A stretch of DNA of 64,000 nt from an uncultured Ruficoccus sp. (GTDB lineage Bacteria > Verrucomicrobiota > Verrucomicrobiia > Opitutales > Cerasicoccaceae): NCBI GenBank assembly GCA_965140785.1, contig OZ223505.1, positions 1 to 64,000 of the forward strand, written 5' to 3'. How positions within the stretch are numbered: the stretch's first letter is position 1; the number at the start of each line of letters is the position of its first letter. This document shows positions 51,141-59,791 of this stretch, piece by piece. Under the pieces are notes generated by a model. The model ran no database searches, was not told where the DNA came from, and saw nothing but the letters and a program-made list of their open reading frames with translations. The position numbers were made by a program, and so were the translations under genes.

Positions 51141-51873
51141 CTTCTCCATTTGTCTCCGCCGTCCCCGGTCCCACTCCGGGGCGGCGTTCACCTTGATCGA
51201 GGTGCTGGCGGTGTTGACCGTGCTCAGCCTGCTCGCGGCGCTGGCCGTGGTGGCGGGACGGGCCGCGGTTCACAGCGCGCAGCTCAGCCGCTCCACCGCG
51301 ACCATCCGCAACCTCGGGAACGCCGCCTTGCTCTATGCCACCGACCACGAGGGCAACTGGCCGCGCAGCAACCACGCCTTCAGCGCCCGTGAGCGTCAGT
51401 GGTGGCTCGTCCTTTCAGGCTACCTGTGGAGCGAGTCGTTGACCAGTCGCTACGACCCGCGCTTCGCGGTTTACCATGAGGCCATGCTGCGCGACCCGCT
51501 CGACCCGGTGGAGGGTTCTGGCGATGCCCAGCGTAACCGCTACAGCTACGGCATTAACGTGTACCTCCAGCTCGATCCGGCTTTCGACGACTACGCCGGT
51601 AAACCGGTCCGCTGGCACAAGGCACCGCTCGTCGCGCAGCCGGGGCGCACCGTGCTCTTCGCTTCCAACCGCCAGCAGAGCAGCGACCACTTCATGGCGC
51701 ATTTCTGGGCTTCAACCGGCGACGACCTGACGGATATCGACCTGCGTGAGGAGGGGCGGGCCGTCTACGTTTACTGTGACGGCCACGTCGCCTGGCAGCG
51801 TCCGGCGGAGGTCTTCGCGCCGGAGGCGGGCATTAACCAGTGGCATCCCGCCGGGATGACCGAAGGACCATGA
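51133..51873 (+). CDS. Prepilin-type N-terminal cleavage/methylation protein (H-X9-DG-like C-terminus)
   Basis: AFTLIEVLAVL, 'NLGNAALLYATDH', SYGIN and 'VYVYCDGHV'; GTG overlaps the upstream gene's end. Confidence 0.82.
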   Translation: MLNFSICLRRPRSHSGAAFTLIEVLAVLTVLSLLAALAVVAGRAAVHSAQLSRSTATIRNLGNAALLYATDHEGNWPRSNHAFSARERQWWLVLSGYLWSESLTSRYDPRFAVYHEAMLRDPLDPVEGSGDAQRNRYSYGINVYLQLDPAFDDYAGKPVRWHKAPLVAQPGRTVLFASNRQQSSDHFMAHFWASTGDDLTDIDLREEGRAVYVYCDGHVAWQRPAEVFAPEAGINQWHPAGMTEGP

Positions 51874-51911
51874 GACGCAGCGTGAAATCACCCGTGGGCC
51901 GGGCGCGAGAT

Positions 51912-52352
51912 TTACATCTCGTTGCTCGGGATGGCGGTGGGGGAGGCGGTGCCGCTGGTCACGGGCGGGTTGGTCGGGGTCAGCACCACGGCGTCCTTGC
52001 CGTTTTTGACCACCACGAGCACGTCGTCCGAGCGGGAGGTGAGCTGGCCACCGTCCAGAGCGGAGAGCAGGTTGTCTTCGAGCTGCATCAGCTCGGGCTC
52101 TCCGGCCATCTTGGTGGAAATTCCGATCCCGATGTACCCAGACTTGCTGACCGGGGCGGACCAGTTGTTGACCGGGCCGCGGCCCAGCAGGTTGTCGCCG
52201 GTGTAGGTCACCTTGATCGGCTGGGCGGTTTCGACCTCGTTGCCGTTGACCTCGGCCACGATATAGTCCCCGGCGACGGGGATCGGCGTGTGCGAGCAGG
52301 CGGCGAAAGTGAAAATCGACAGAACGGAAAGAAGTGCGAGGATGGATTTCAT
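51912..52352 (-). CDS. META domain (HslJ-like) lipoprotein
   Basis: Lipobox FAAC, 'GRGPVNNW' and 'STKMAGEPELMQLEDNLLSAL'. Confidence 0.8.
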   Translation of the reverse strand: MKSILALLSVLSIFTFAACSHTPIPVAGDYIVAEVNGNEVETAQPIKVTYTGDNLLGRGPVNNWSAPVSKSGYIGIGISTKMAGEPELMQLEDNLLSALDGGQLTSRSDDVLVVVKNGKDAVVLTPTNPPVTSGTASPTAIPSNEM

Positions 52353-52503
52353 GCCCGGAGCAAAGGCCGTAAGGTTGCGGTTGGCAAGCCGTTTACGCGC
52401 GACGTATGGGCGGAATCGATCCGGGTAAGGGCTGGGCGGATCTTCCTGGCCAACCTGTAAAACCGCATTGCACCGGCGGGCGGATGGGTTACGGTGGCGG
52501 TTC

Positions 52504-54672
52504 TTGAGCGAGGAAACCGAGCAGTCCCCCCTGGCCGAGCGGCCAAAAATCCGCGTCCTGCCCGACCGCGTGATCAACCAGATCGCCGCGGGGGAGGTGA
52601 TCGAGCGTCCGGCGGCGGTGGTCAAGGAACTCCTCGAAAACGCCCTCGACGCCCGCGCGGACCGGATCGAGATCGAGTTTCGGGGCGGGGGCAAGAGCCT
52701 GATCCGGGTCGAGGACAACGGCATCGGCATGACGCCGGAGGACGCCCTGATCGCGCTCGAACGCCACGCCACGAGTAAGCTGCGCGAGGCCGCCGACCTG
52801 GCCAAGGTGCTCAGCCTGGGCTTTCGCGGGGAGGCGCTGCCGAGCATCGCCAGCGTCAGCCGCTTCACCCTCCGCAGCCGCGCCCGGGGTTGGGAGCACG
52901 GCACGGAGGTCTTCGTCAACGGCGGTCGCATGATCCACCAGCGCGAGTGCGGGATGCCGCCCGGCACCCGGATCGAGGTGGCCAATCTTTTCAACAGCGT
53001 GCCGGCGCGCCGGAAGTTTTTAAAAAGCGACGCCACCGAGTCGGCCCACATCACGCATCTGGTGCGGCTTCACGCGGTGGCGCGGCCAAGCGTGTCCTTC
53101 TCGCTGATCGAGAATGGCCGCAGCGTCTTCTCTTCGCCTAAGTGCCCCGACATGCGCGAGCGCGTGGCCGAGATCTGGGGCCGCGAGCTGGCCGATGAGC
53201 TGGTCGAGCTGGAACCGGCGACCGGTGAAAACGGAATGCGCCTCTCCGGCCTGATCGGCAAGCCCGGCACGGGCCGCGCCACCCGGCGGCAGATGATCGC
53301 GCTTGTCAACGGGCGTCCGGTGGATTCACGCACGCTCAACTACGCCCTGATCGAGGGCTACCACTCCTTTATCCCGAAGGGGCGCTACCCGCTGGCTTTT
53401 CTTTTTCTGGAGATCGACCCGGCGGTCATCGACGTGAACATCCACCCGGCCAAGCGCGAGATCAAGTTCCGCGACGAGGGGCGGGTGCGCCAGTTCGTGC
53501 TCCAGGCCGTCGTCGGGCAGCTTCAGGCCCTGGCCGCGCAGGCCCGCCACCCGGTTCTGCACGGGACGCGGGAGGACTTTGAAAAAGACGTGCTGCCCCG
53601 GCGCGATCCCAAGCCGCATCCGCTGGCGGGCGAATCCTCCGCCCCCTCGGCGAAGGCGGGCGATCGGCCCGCGTCCCCGCCGCAGCCGAAGCTCACCCCC
53701 GCGACCCGGCCCCCGGCCTATCCGCGCACGCGGCCCGGCCCGGTCTCGGATGATTTTAAAGACAAGTACCTCGCGCCCGACAAAACCGGCTCGGATAAAA
53801 ACGCTGAGCCCGCCGCGCGGGAAAGTTCTGAAATCCCGGGTGCTCTTTCCGATCGAAAGCAGCAGGGCCGTCGGGCAGAAGGGACTTCGGATAAAGCCAG
53901 CGGGGCAGGGGAGGCGATTCCCCCTGCGCCCGGTTTCGAATCCGGTTCAGCCAGCCCGTCGCCCGCCCGCCCGCAGTCGCCGGCTTCCGACGACTCGGGC
54001 GAGCTGCCTGTGGTCAAGTGGACCCCGGCCCAGCCCGGAACCGGCCCCGCGCCGCAGACCCAGCCCGACGGTGAGGAGTCCCCGGCCCCGGCCTTCCGCT
54101 TCGAGTGGCGCTGCCTGGGGCTGATGCGCGATGGCTACGCGATTTTCGAAACCCCGGCGGGGCTGGTTCTGATGAACCGTCGTGCCGCGCACGAGCGGGT
54201 CTGGTTCGAGCGCCTGCAGGCGCGTTTCGCCGAGCGCGAGCAGCCCAGCCAGCGACTGCTTTTTCCGGTCGCGCTGGAGCTGGAGCCGCTGACCGCTGCC
54301 GCCCTGGAGGAAAATCTGGAGGCGCTCCAGGCGCACGGCTTCGGGATCGAGCCTTTCGGGAAAAACTTTTTCCGCCTTGAATCGCACCCGGACTGGCTAC
54401 CCGAGAGCGAGGCGGAGACCTTTGTGCGCGACCTGATCGAGCGCCTCCGCGAGGGCTCGCTCGATCTGACCCGCCCTGCCGTGGCGGACGAGTCGCTGGC
54501 CCGGCTGGCCGCCACGCGTGCCCTTCGTCCCTCGGACGCAAGCGGTTGCGAAGAAATGGCTGAGCTGGCCCGCGCCTTGCTACAATGCCAGCAGCCTCTG
54601 AACTGCCCGCGGGGGCGGCCCACCTATTTCGAGTTGTCCAACCGCGAGCTGGCCCGGCGTTTCGGGCGCTAG
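52504..54672 (+). CDS. mutL: DNA mismatch repair protein MutL
   Basis: NQIAAGEVIERPAAVVKELLENALDA, GFRGEALPSI and DVNIHPAKRE; long Pro-rich linker. Start uncertain (TTG 52504). Confidence 0.95.
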   Translation: MSEETEQSPLAERPKIRVLPDRVINQIAAGEVIERPAAVVKELLENALDARADRIEIEFRGGGKSLIRVEDNGIGMTPEDALIALERHATSKLREAADLAKVLSLGFRGEALPSIASVSRFTLRSRARGWEHGTEVFVNGGRMIHQRECGMPPGTRIEVANLFNSVPARRKFLKSDATESAHITHLVRLHAVARPSVSFSLIENGRSVFSSPKCPDMRERVAEIWGRELADELVELEPATGENGMRLSGLIGKPGTGRATRRQMIALVNGRPVDSRTLNYALIEGYHSFIPKGRYPLAFLFLEIDPAVIDVNIHPAKREIKFRDEGRVRQFVLQAVVGQLQALAAQARHPVLHGTREDFEKDVLPRRDPKPHPLAGESSAPSAKAGDRPASPPQPKLTPATRPPAYPRTRPGPVSDDFKDKYLAPDKTGSDKNAEPAARESSEIPGALSDRKQQGRRAEGTSDKASGAGEAIPPAPGFESGSASPSPARPQSPASDDSGELPVVKWTPAQPGTGPAPQTQPDGEESPAPAFRFEWRCLGLMRDGYAIFETPAGLVLMNRRAAHERVWFERLQARFAEREQPSQRLLFPVALELEPLTAAALEENLEALQAHGFGIEPFGKNFFRLESHPDWLPESEAETFVRDLIERLREGSLDLTRPAVADESLARLAATRALRPSDASGCEEMAELARALLQCQQPLNCPRGRPTYFELSNRELARRFGR

Positions 54673-54816
54673 GGGGCTCGCGCCCATGTTCTTTTAACCG
54701 TTAGTCAAACCCGTTCATTTTGCCGTGCGGACTTGAGAAACGTTGACCTTTATTGTTCAATAGCCCATTCCAAGCCTGTCACTTTCCTTTGATCCAAACC
54801 CTCTATTCTTACCGCT

Positions 54817-57336
54817 ATGCCTTCGAGTTCCAAAGCCACGAAAAAAGCCGCTAAGGCGCCCGCCAAGAAAAAGGCCTTCAATTTCAATATCGACGCCGAT
54901 GTCGATGGCCTGAAAACCTCGATCGAGAATCACCTGACCTATTCCCTGGCCCGCGACAAGACCACCGCCACGACACGTGACTGGTGGCTGGCGCTGTGCT
55001 ACTCGGTCCAGGACCGCATCCTGCACCGCTACATCAAGACCCAGGCCGTTCACAACGACAAGGACACCCGCCGCGCTTATTATCTGTCCCTGGAGTACCT
55101 GATGGGCCGCCTGCTCTCGAACAATCTGGTCAACGCCGGGCTTTTCGAGTCCGCTCAGAAAGCGCTGGAGGAACTGGGCCTGGACATGACCGAGATTTTG
55201 GAGGAGGAGCCGGACATGGGCCTCGGTAACGGCGGTCTGGGCCGCCTGGCCGCGTGTTTCCTCGACTCGCTGGCCACGCTCGACCTGCCTGCCGTCGGTT
55301 ACGGCATCCACTACGAGTTTGGCCTCTTCCGGCAGGAGTTCATTGACGGGCGCCAGGTGGAGCGCCCGGACAACTGGCTGCAGTTCGGCAACCCCTGGCA
55401 GGTCAACCGGCCTGAGTACCAGGTGAGCGTGCCGCTCTACGGCCACGTCGAGTACCACTTTGACAGCAAGGGCGACTCCTACCCGGCCTGGGTCGGTACC
55501 CGCGAGCTGGTCGGCCTGCCCTGGGATGTGCCGATTGTCGGCTACGGCGCCCGCACGGTCAATTTCCTGCGCCTGTGGGAGTCCCGGGCCTCGCAGGAGT
55601 TCGACTTCAGCGTCTTCAATGAGGGCGGTTACGTCGAGGCCGTGCGCGAGAAGGCCATCGGCGAGACCATTTCCAAGGTCCTGTACCCCAACGACAAGAC
55701 CGAGAGTGGCAAGGAGCTGCGCCTCGTCCAGCAGTACTTCTTCGTGGCCTGCTCGCTGCACGACATCATCCGCCGCTTCCGCAAGCAGAACCACGACGAC
55801 TGGGATGCCTTCCCGGACAAGGTTACCGTCCAGCTCAACGACACGCACCCGTCCGTGGCTGTGGCCGAGCTCATGCGCCTGCTCGTGGATATCGAGGGTC
55901 TGGAGTGGGACCGCGCCTGGGGCATCTGCCGCAAGGTCTTCGCCTACACCAACCATACCCTCCTGCCCGAAGCGCTTGAGAAGTGGTCCGTCCCGCTCTT
56001 CCAAAAGGTCCTGCCGCGCCACCTGCAGATTATTTTCGAGATCAACCGCCGCTTCCTGGAGGAAGAGGTCGAGGCTCACTGGCCCAGCGACAACGCCAAG
56101 AAGGGCAACCTCTCCCTCATCGAGGAGGGTAACCCGAAGCAGATCCGCATGGCCTACCTGGCCACCGTCGGCAGCCACTCGGTCAACGGCGTGGCCGCGC
56201 TCCACACCGAGCTGCTCAAGCGCGACCTCTTCCACGACTTCAACGAGCTGTGGCCGAACAAGTTTAACAACAAGACCAACGGCATCACGCCGCGTCGCTT
56301 CCTCAAGGTCTGTAATCCCGGCCTGGCCAAGCTCATCGAGCGCGAGATCGGCCCCGAGTGGCCCTTCGACCTGGACCGCCTGCGCGGCCTGGAAAAGCTG
56401 GCCGACGACGCCTCCTTCCAAGACGAGTACATGGCCGTCAAGCGTGCCAACAAGGAGCGCCTGGCCGAGGTCATCGAGATGGACTGCCAGGTTAAGGTCA
56501 ACCCGGACGCCATGTTCGACGTGCAGATCAAGCGTCTGCACGAGTACAAGCGCCAGCACCTGAACCTGCTGCATGTGCTCACCCTTTACCGCGACATCCT
56601 CCATCACCCGGAGAAGACCTTCGCCCCGCGCGTGGTCATCTTCGGGGCCAAGGCAGCGCCCGGCTACGAGTTGGCCAAGGATATTATCTATACGATCAAC
56701 AAGATCGGGGACGTCATCAACAACGACAAGCGCGTGGGCGACAAGCTCAAGGTCGTCTTCCTGCCCAACTACCGGGTCTCGCTGGCCGAGCGTATCATCC
56801 CTGCCGCCGACCTCTCCGAGCAGATTTCCACCGCCGGTAAGGAAGCCTCCGGTACCGGCAACATGAAACTCGCCCTCAACGGCGCGCTCACCATCGGCAC
56901 CCTCGACGGGGCCAATGTCGAGATCAAGGAGGAAGTCGGCGACGAGAACATCTTCATCTTCGGTATGACGGTGGAGGAGGTGATGGAACTGCACGCCGCC
57001 GGGTACAACCCGTGGGACTTCTACCGCGGCGATGACGACCTCAAGCATGTGCTCGACTGGCTCGGCTCAGACACCTTCACGCCCGGCCAGCCCTACGCGC
57101 TTGACGCGGTCCGCCACAGCCTACTCGACGGGGGCGACCCCTTCATGGTCTGTGCGGACTTCACCGCCTACATCGAGTGCCAGAAGCGCGTCGGCGAGGC
57201 CTACCTCGACAAGAAGCGTTGGGCGAAGATGGCCATCCTCAACACCGCCCGCATGGGCAAATTCTCCAGCGACCGCACCATCCGCGAGTACGCCGATGAT
57301 ATTTGGAATCTCAAACCGCTGCCGGTGGGCGAATAA
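54817..57336 (+). CDS. glgP: Glycogen/alpha-glucan phosphorylase
   Basis: [30 protein letters not shown] and EASGTGNMK. Confidence 0.97.
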   Translation: MPSSSKATKKAAKAPAKKKAFNFNIDADVDGLKTSIENHLTYSLARDKTTATTRDWWLALCYSVQDRILHRYIKTQAVHNDKDTRRAYYLSLEYLMGRLLSNNLVNAGLFESAQKALEELGLDMTEILEEEPDMGLGNGGLGRLAACFLDSLATLDLPAVGYGIHYEFGLFRQEFIDGRQVERPDNWLQFGNPWQVNRPEYQVSVPLYGHVEYHFDSKGDSYPAWVGTRELVGLPWDVPIVGYGARTVNFLRLWESRASQEFDFSVFNEGGYVEAVREKAIGETISKVLYPNDKTESGKELRLVQQYFFVACSLHDIIRRFRKQNHDDWDAFPDKVTVQLNDTHPSVAVAELMRLLVDIEGLEWDRAWGICRKVFAYTNHTLLPEALEKWSVPLFQKVLPRHLQIIFEINRRFLEEEVEAHWPSDNAKKGNLSLIEEGNPKQIRMAYLATVGSHSVNGVAALHTELLKRDLFHDFNELWPNKFNNKTNGITPRRFLKVCNPGLAKLIEREIGPEWPFDLDRLRGLEKLADDASFQDEYMAVKRANKERLAEVIEMDCQVKVNPDAMFDVQIKRLHEYKRQHLNLLHVLTLYRDILHHPEKTFAPRVVIFGAKAAPGYELAKDIIYTINKIGDVINNDKRVGDKLKVVFLPNYRVSLAERIIPAADLSEQISTAGKEASGTGNMKLALNGALTIGTLDGANVEIKEEVGDENIFIFGMTVEEVMELHAAGYNPWDFYRGDDDLKHVLDWLGSDTFTPGQPYALDAVRHSLLDGGDPFMVCADFTAYIECQKRVGEAYLDKKRWAKMAILNTARMGKFSSDRTIREYADDIWNLKPLPVGE

Positions 57337-57359
57337 CCGCCCCGGCGGCACGTCACCTT

Positions 57360-58169
57360 TTGAAAACACAAGAGCTCTGTAAATTTTACCGCACCCGCGC
57401 CAAGTCGGTCAATCTCGGCGCCAGCTACAAGGCGCTGGCGGGTAAGTACGTGGACGGCTTGCTGCCCGCCGAGCCCGCCGCCGTGCAGCCGCGCCTGCGT
57501 GTGAGTACCGAGAGTGGCCTCGACCGCGAATTGGTCCTGCAAGGGGGCATCCGCACCTTCGAGTGGGTCTTGACCGGGCAGGGCCTGGCTGACATGGCCT
57601 TTTTGCGTGAGAGCCAGCTTCTCCTGCACGACCTGTATCCGTCCGGGTTCCTGAGCGTGGTCAACGCCGCCGGGACCTTCGCCACGCCACAGGCGCTGCG
57701 GGGCTTCGTCGAGGCGCTCGATACGGACGATGGCCTGCACATGATCGGGCGCAACCTGCTTTACATTCTCGATTCGTTTCCGCCGGAGCTGGCCTTTCAC
57801 CGCGACGTGGTGGCGCTCTTCGCCGAGTGGCCGCGTCGCCCGGCCATGGTTCTGACTGCTGACGGCACCCCGCCGAACTTCCTCTCTCGCGCGCTGGACT
57901 GGGGCTACGCCGGGATCGTCTTGCAGGCGGCCAAGGACTTCGAACGCGCCGTGGCCGACCGTTGCTACCTGACCGCCCGCAAGGACCGCGAGCCCATCGG
58001 CAAGTACACCTTTGACGGCGGTTCGCTGCCCATCAGCCAGGGCCGCGAGGCCATCCTCAACGAGCTGGCCGCCCAGTCCGTCCTCGGGAACAAGTCGGTC
58101 GGCTGCGAAGCCGTCTCCGCCCTCCTCGAACTGATCGGTGGCGAGCACCCAGCCTCGGCCAAGGCGTAA
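57360..58169 (+). CDS. Hypothetical protein
   Basis: Host-like codon usage, directly downstream of glgP; TTG start assumed; no family recognised. Confidence 0.65.
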   Translation: MKTQELCKFYRTRAKSVNLGASYKALAGKYVDGLLPAEPAAVQPRLRVSTESGLDRELVLQGGIRTFEWVLTGQGLADMAFLRESQLLLHDLYPSGFLSVVNAAGTFATPQALRGFVEALDTDDGLHMIGRNLLYILDSFPPELAFHRDVVALFAEWPRRPAMVLTADGTPPNFLSRALDWGYAGIVLQAAKDFERAVADRCYLTARKDREPIGKYTFDGGSLPISQGREAILNELAAQSVLGNKSVGCEAVSALLELIGGEHPASAKA

Positions 58170-58187
58170 GCGGGTTGGCGTTTTTTT

Positions 58188-58419
58188 ATTAACCGCAAAG
58201 ACGCAAAGGACGCTAAGCGCTACCGCTGTTAGGCGATAGCATACGAATGGCGGTACGCCTTCTTAACAAGCAAACGCCCAAGATCCCTTTTTATTGGGAT
58301 ATTTCTCTTTTCACCCGGAACGACAAGTAACGGTCAGAGTTTAGACTATCTTAAATAAAGATGAGGGGCACCAATCAATAGCGCCAGCGCTTTGCGTCCT
58401 TCGCGCCTTTGTGGTTAAT
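58188..58419. repeat. Periodic inverted-arm element E (arms 58188-58221 / 58386-58419)
   Basis: attaaccgcaaagacgcaaaggacgctaagcgct ... agcgctttgcgtccttcgcgcctttgtggttaat; 30/34 complementary. Confidence 0.88.
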
Positions 58420-58426
58420 CCTCTCC

Positions 58427-58468
58427 CCATTGGCCATTGACTAATGACCCATGACCGAGGACAAATGA
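58427..58468. repeat. Heptamer tandem repeat (6 degenerate units)
   Basis: ccattgg-ccattga-ctaatga-cccatga-ccgagga-caaatga. Confidence 0.7.
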
Positions 58469-58478
58469 CTCCTTTCCC

Positions 58479-59483
58479 ATGTCTTCCCTCACGCTCCATT
58501 CTCCCCTCGATATGCACCTGCACCTGCGGCAGGATGCGATGTTGAAAGCCGTGGCTCCGCTCAGCGCGGAGACCTTCGCCGGGGCCGTCATCATGCCCAA
58601 CCTGGTGCCGCCGGTAGATTCGCTGGAGCGACTGGAGGGGTACCGCGAGGAGATTCTCGCCGCGAGCGGACGGGATGACTTCGCGCCGTTCATGACGTTA
58701 TTTTTCCGCGCCTACACCCGCGAGGAACTGGTGGCGGCCAAGCCGCACATCATCGGGATCAAACTCTACCCGGCGGGCATCACGACCAATAGCGAGGGCG
58801 GTGTCTCCCAGATCGAGCAGGCCGAGCCGACCATGCGCCTGATGGAGGAGCTGGGTATCCCGCTCATGATCCACGGTGAGACCAACGGCTTTGTCATGGA
58901 CCGCGAGACGGAGTTCATGTCCATCTACCGGCAGCTCGCCATTCGCTTCCCGCAGTTGAAGATCGTGATGGAGCACATCACCACGGCCGGGGCGATCGCG
59001 CTGCTGAACGAATTTGAAAACCTGCACGCCACCGTGACCGTGCAGCACCTGCTGATCACGCTCGACGAAGTGGCCGGCGGCATGCTCAACCCGCACCTGT
59101 TCTGCAAGCCGATCGCGAAGCGCCCCGAGGACCGCGAGGCGCTGGCCCACGCTGCCGTTACCGCGCACCCGAAGCTGTCCTTCGGCTCTGACTCAGCCCC
59201 GCACCCGGTGCACAAAAAGGAATGCTGCGGCTGTGCGGCGGGGGTCTTCACCGCGCCCATCGCCCTGCAACTGCTGGCCGGGCTCTTTGAGCAGCACGGT
59301 GCACTTGACCGGCTGCAAGCCTTTGTCTCGGGCAACGCACGCCGGATCTACGGCGTCACCCCGCCGGTCAAGACCGTTACCTTGGAGAAAAAGCCTTTCG
59401 CCATCCCGGCCAGCTACGGCGAGGTCGTCCCCATGTGGGCCGGGCAGGAAATCCCCTGGAGCCTCAGCGCGGTCAAGGCCTGA
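58479..59483 (+). CDS. pyrC: Dihydroorotase (homodimeric type)
   Basis: [39 protein letters not shown] and GSDSAPH. Confidence 0.95.
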   Translation: MSSLTLHSPLDMHLHLRQDAMLKAVAPLSAETFAGAVIMPNLVPPVDSLERLEGYREEILAASGRDDFAPFMTLFFRAYTREELVAAKPHIIGIKLYPAGITTNSEGGVSQIEQAEPTMRLMEELGIPLMIHGETNGFVMDRETEFMSIYRQLAIRFPQLKIVMEHITTAGAIALLNEFENLHATVTVQHLLITLDEVAGGMLNPHLFCKPIAKRPEDREALAHAAVTAHPKLSFGSDSAPHPVHKKECCGCAAGVFTAPIALQLLAGLFEQHGALDRLQAFVSGNARRIYGVTPPVKTVTLEKKPFAIPASYGEVVPMWAGQEIPWSLSAVKA

Positions 59484-59512
59484 CGGCAGCCGTCGGGGAT
59501 TCGTTTTTTTAT

Positions 59513-59782
59513 TTAACCGCAAAGGCGCGAAGAGCGCAAAGCGCTGACGCTCGAATGCCATCGTGCTGCTGTTTCTGAACGGAATAATTGTCAGCCTGTT
59601 GGTGGGCGGGAGAGTTTAAGACTATAGGCAGATGCACGGCCTGCCCCTTGCGTAGCCATGCATACGCCCAGTCAGCCCTAAAAATCAACTGGGGTGACCG
59701 CCTCGATGAAAGGCTGTGGAAATTCGGCGAGCCCACGAGCCATAGCGTCAGCGCTTTGTGCGCTTTGCGTCTTTGCGGTTAA
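59513..59782. repeat. Periodic inverted-arm element F (arms 59513-59551 / 59744-59782)
   Basis: ttaaccgcaaaggcgcgaagagcgcaaagcgctgacgct ... agcgtcagcgctttgtgcgctttgcgtctttgcggttaa; 35/39 complementary. Confidence 0.9.
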
Positions 59783-59791
59783 TCATTTTCC

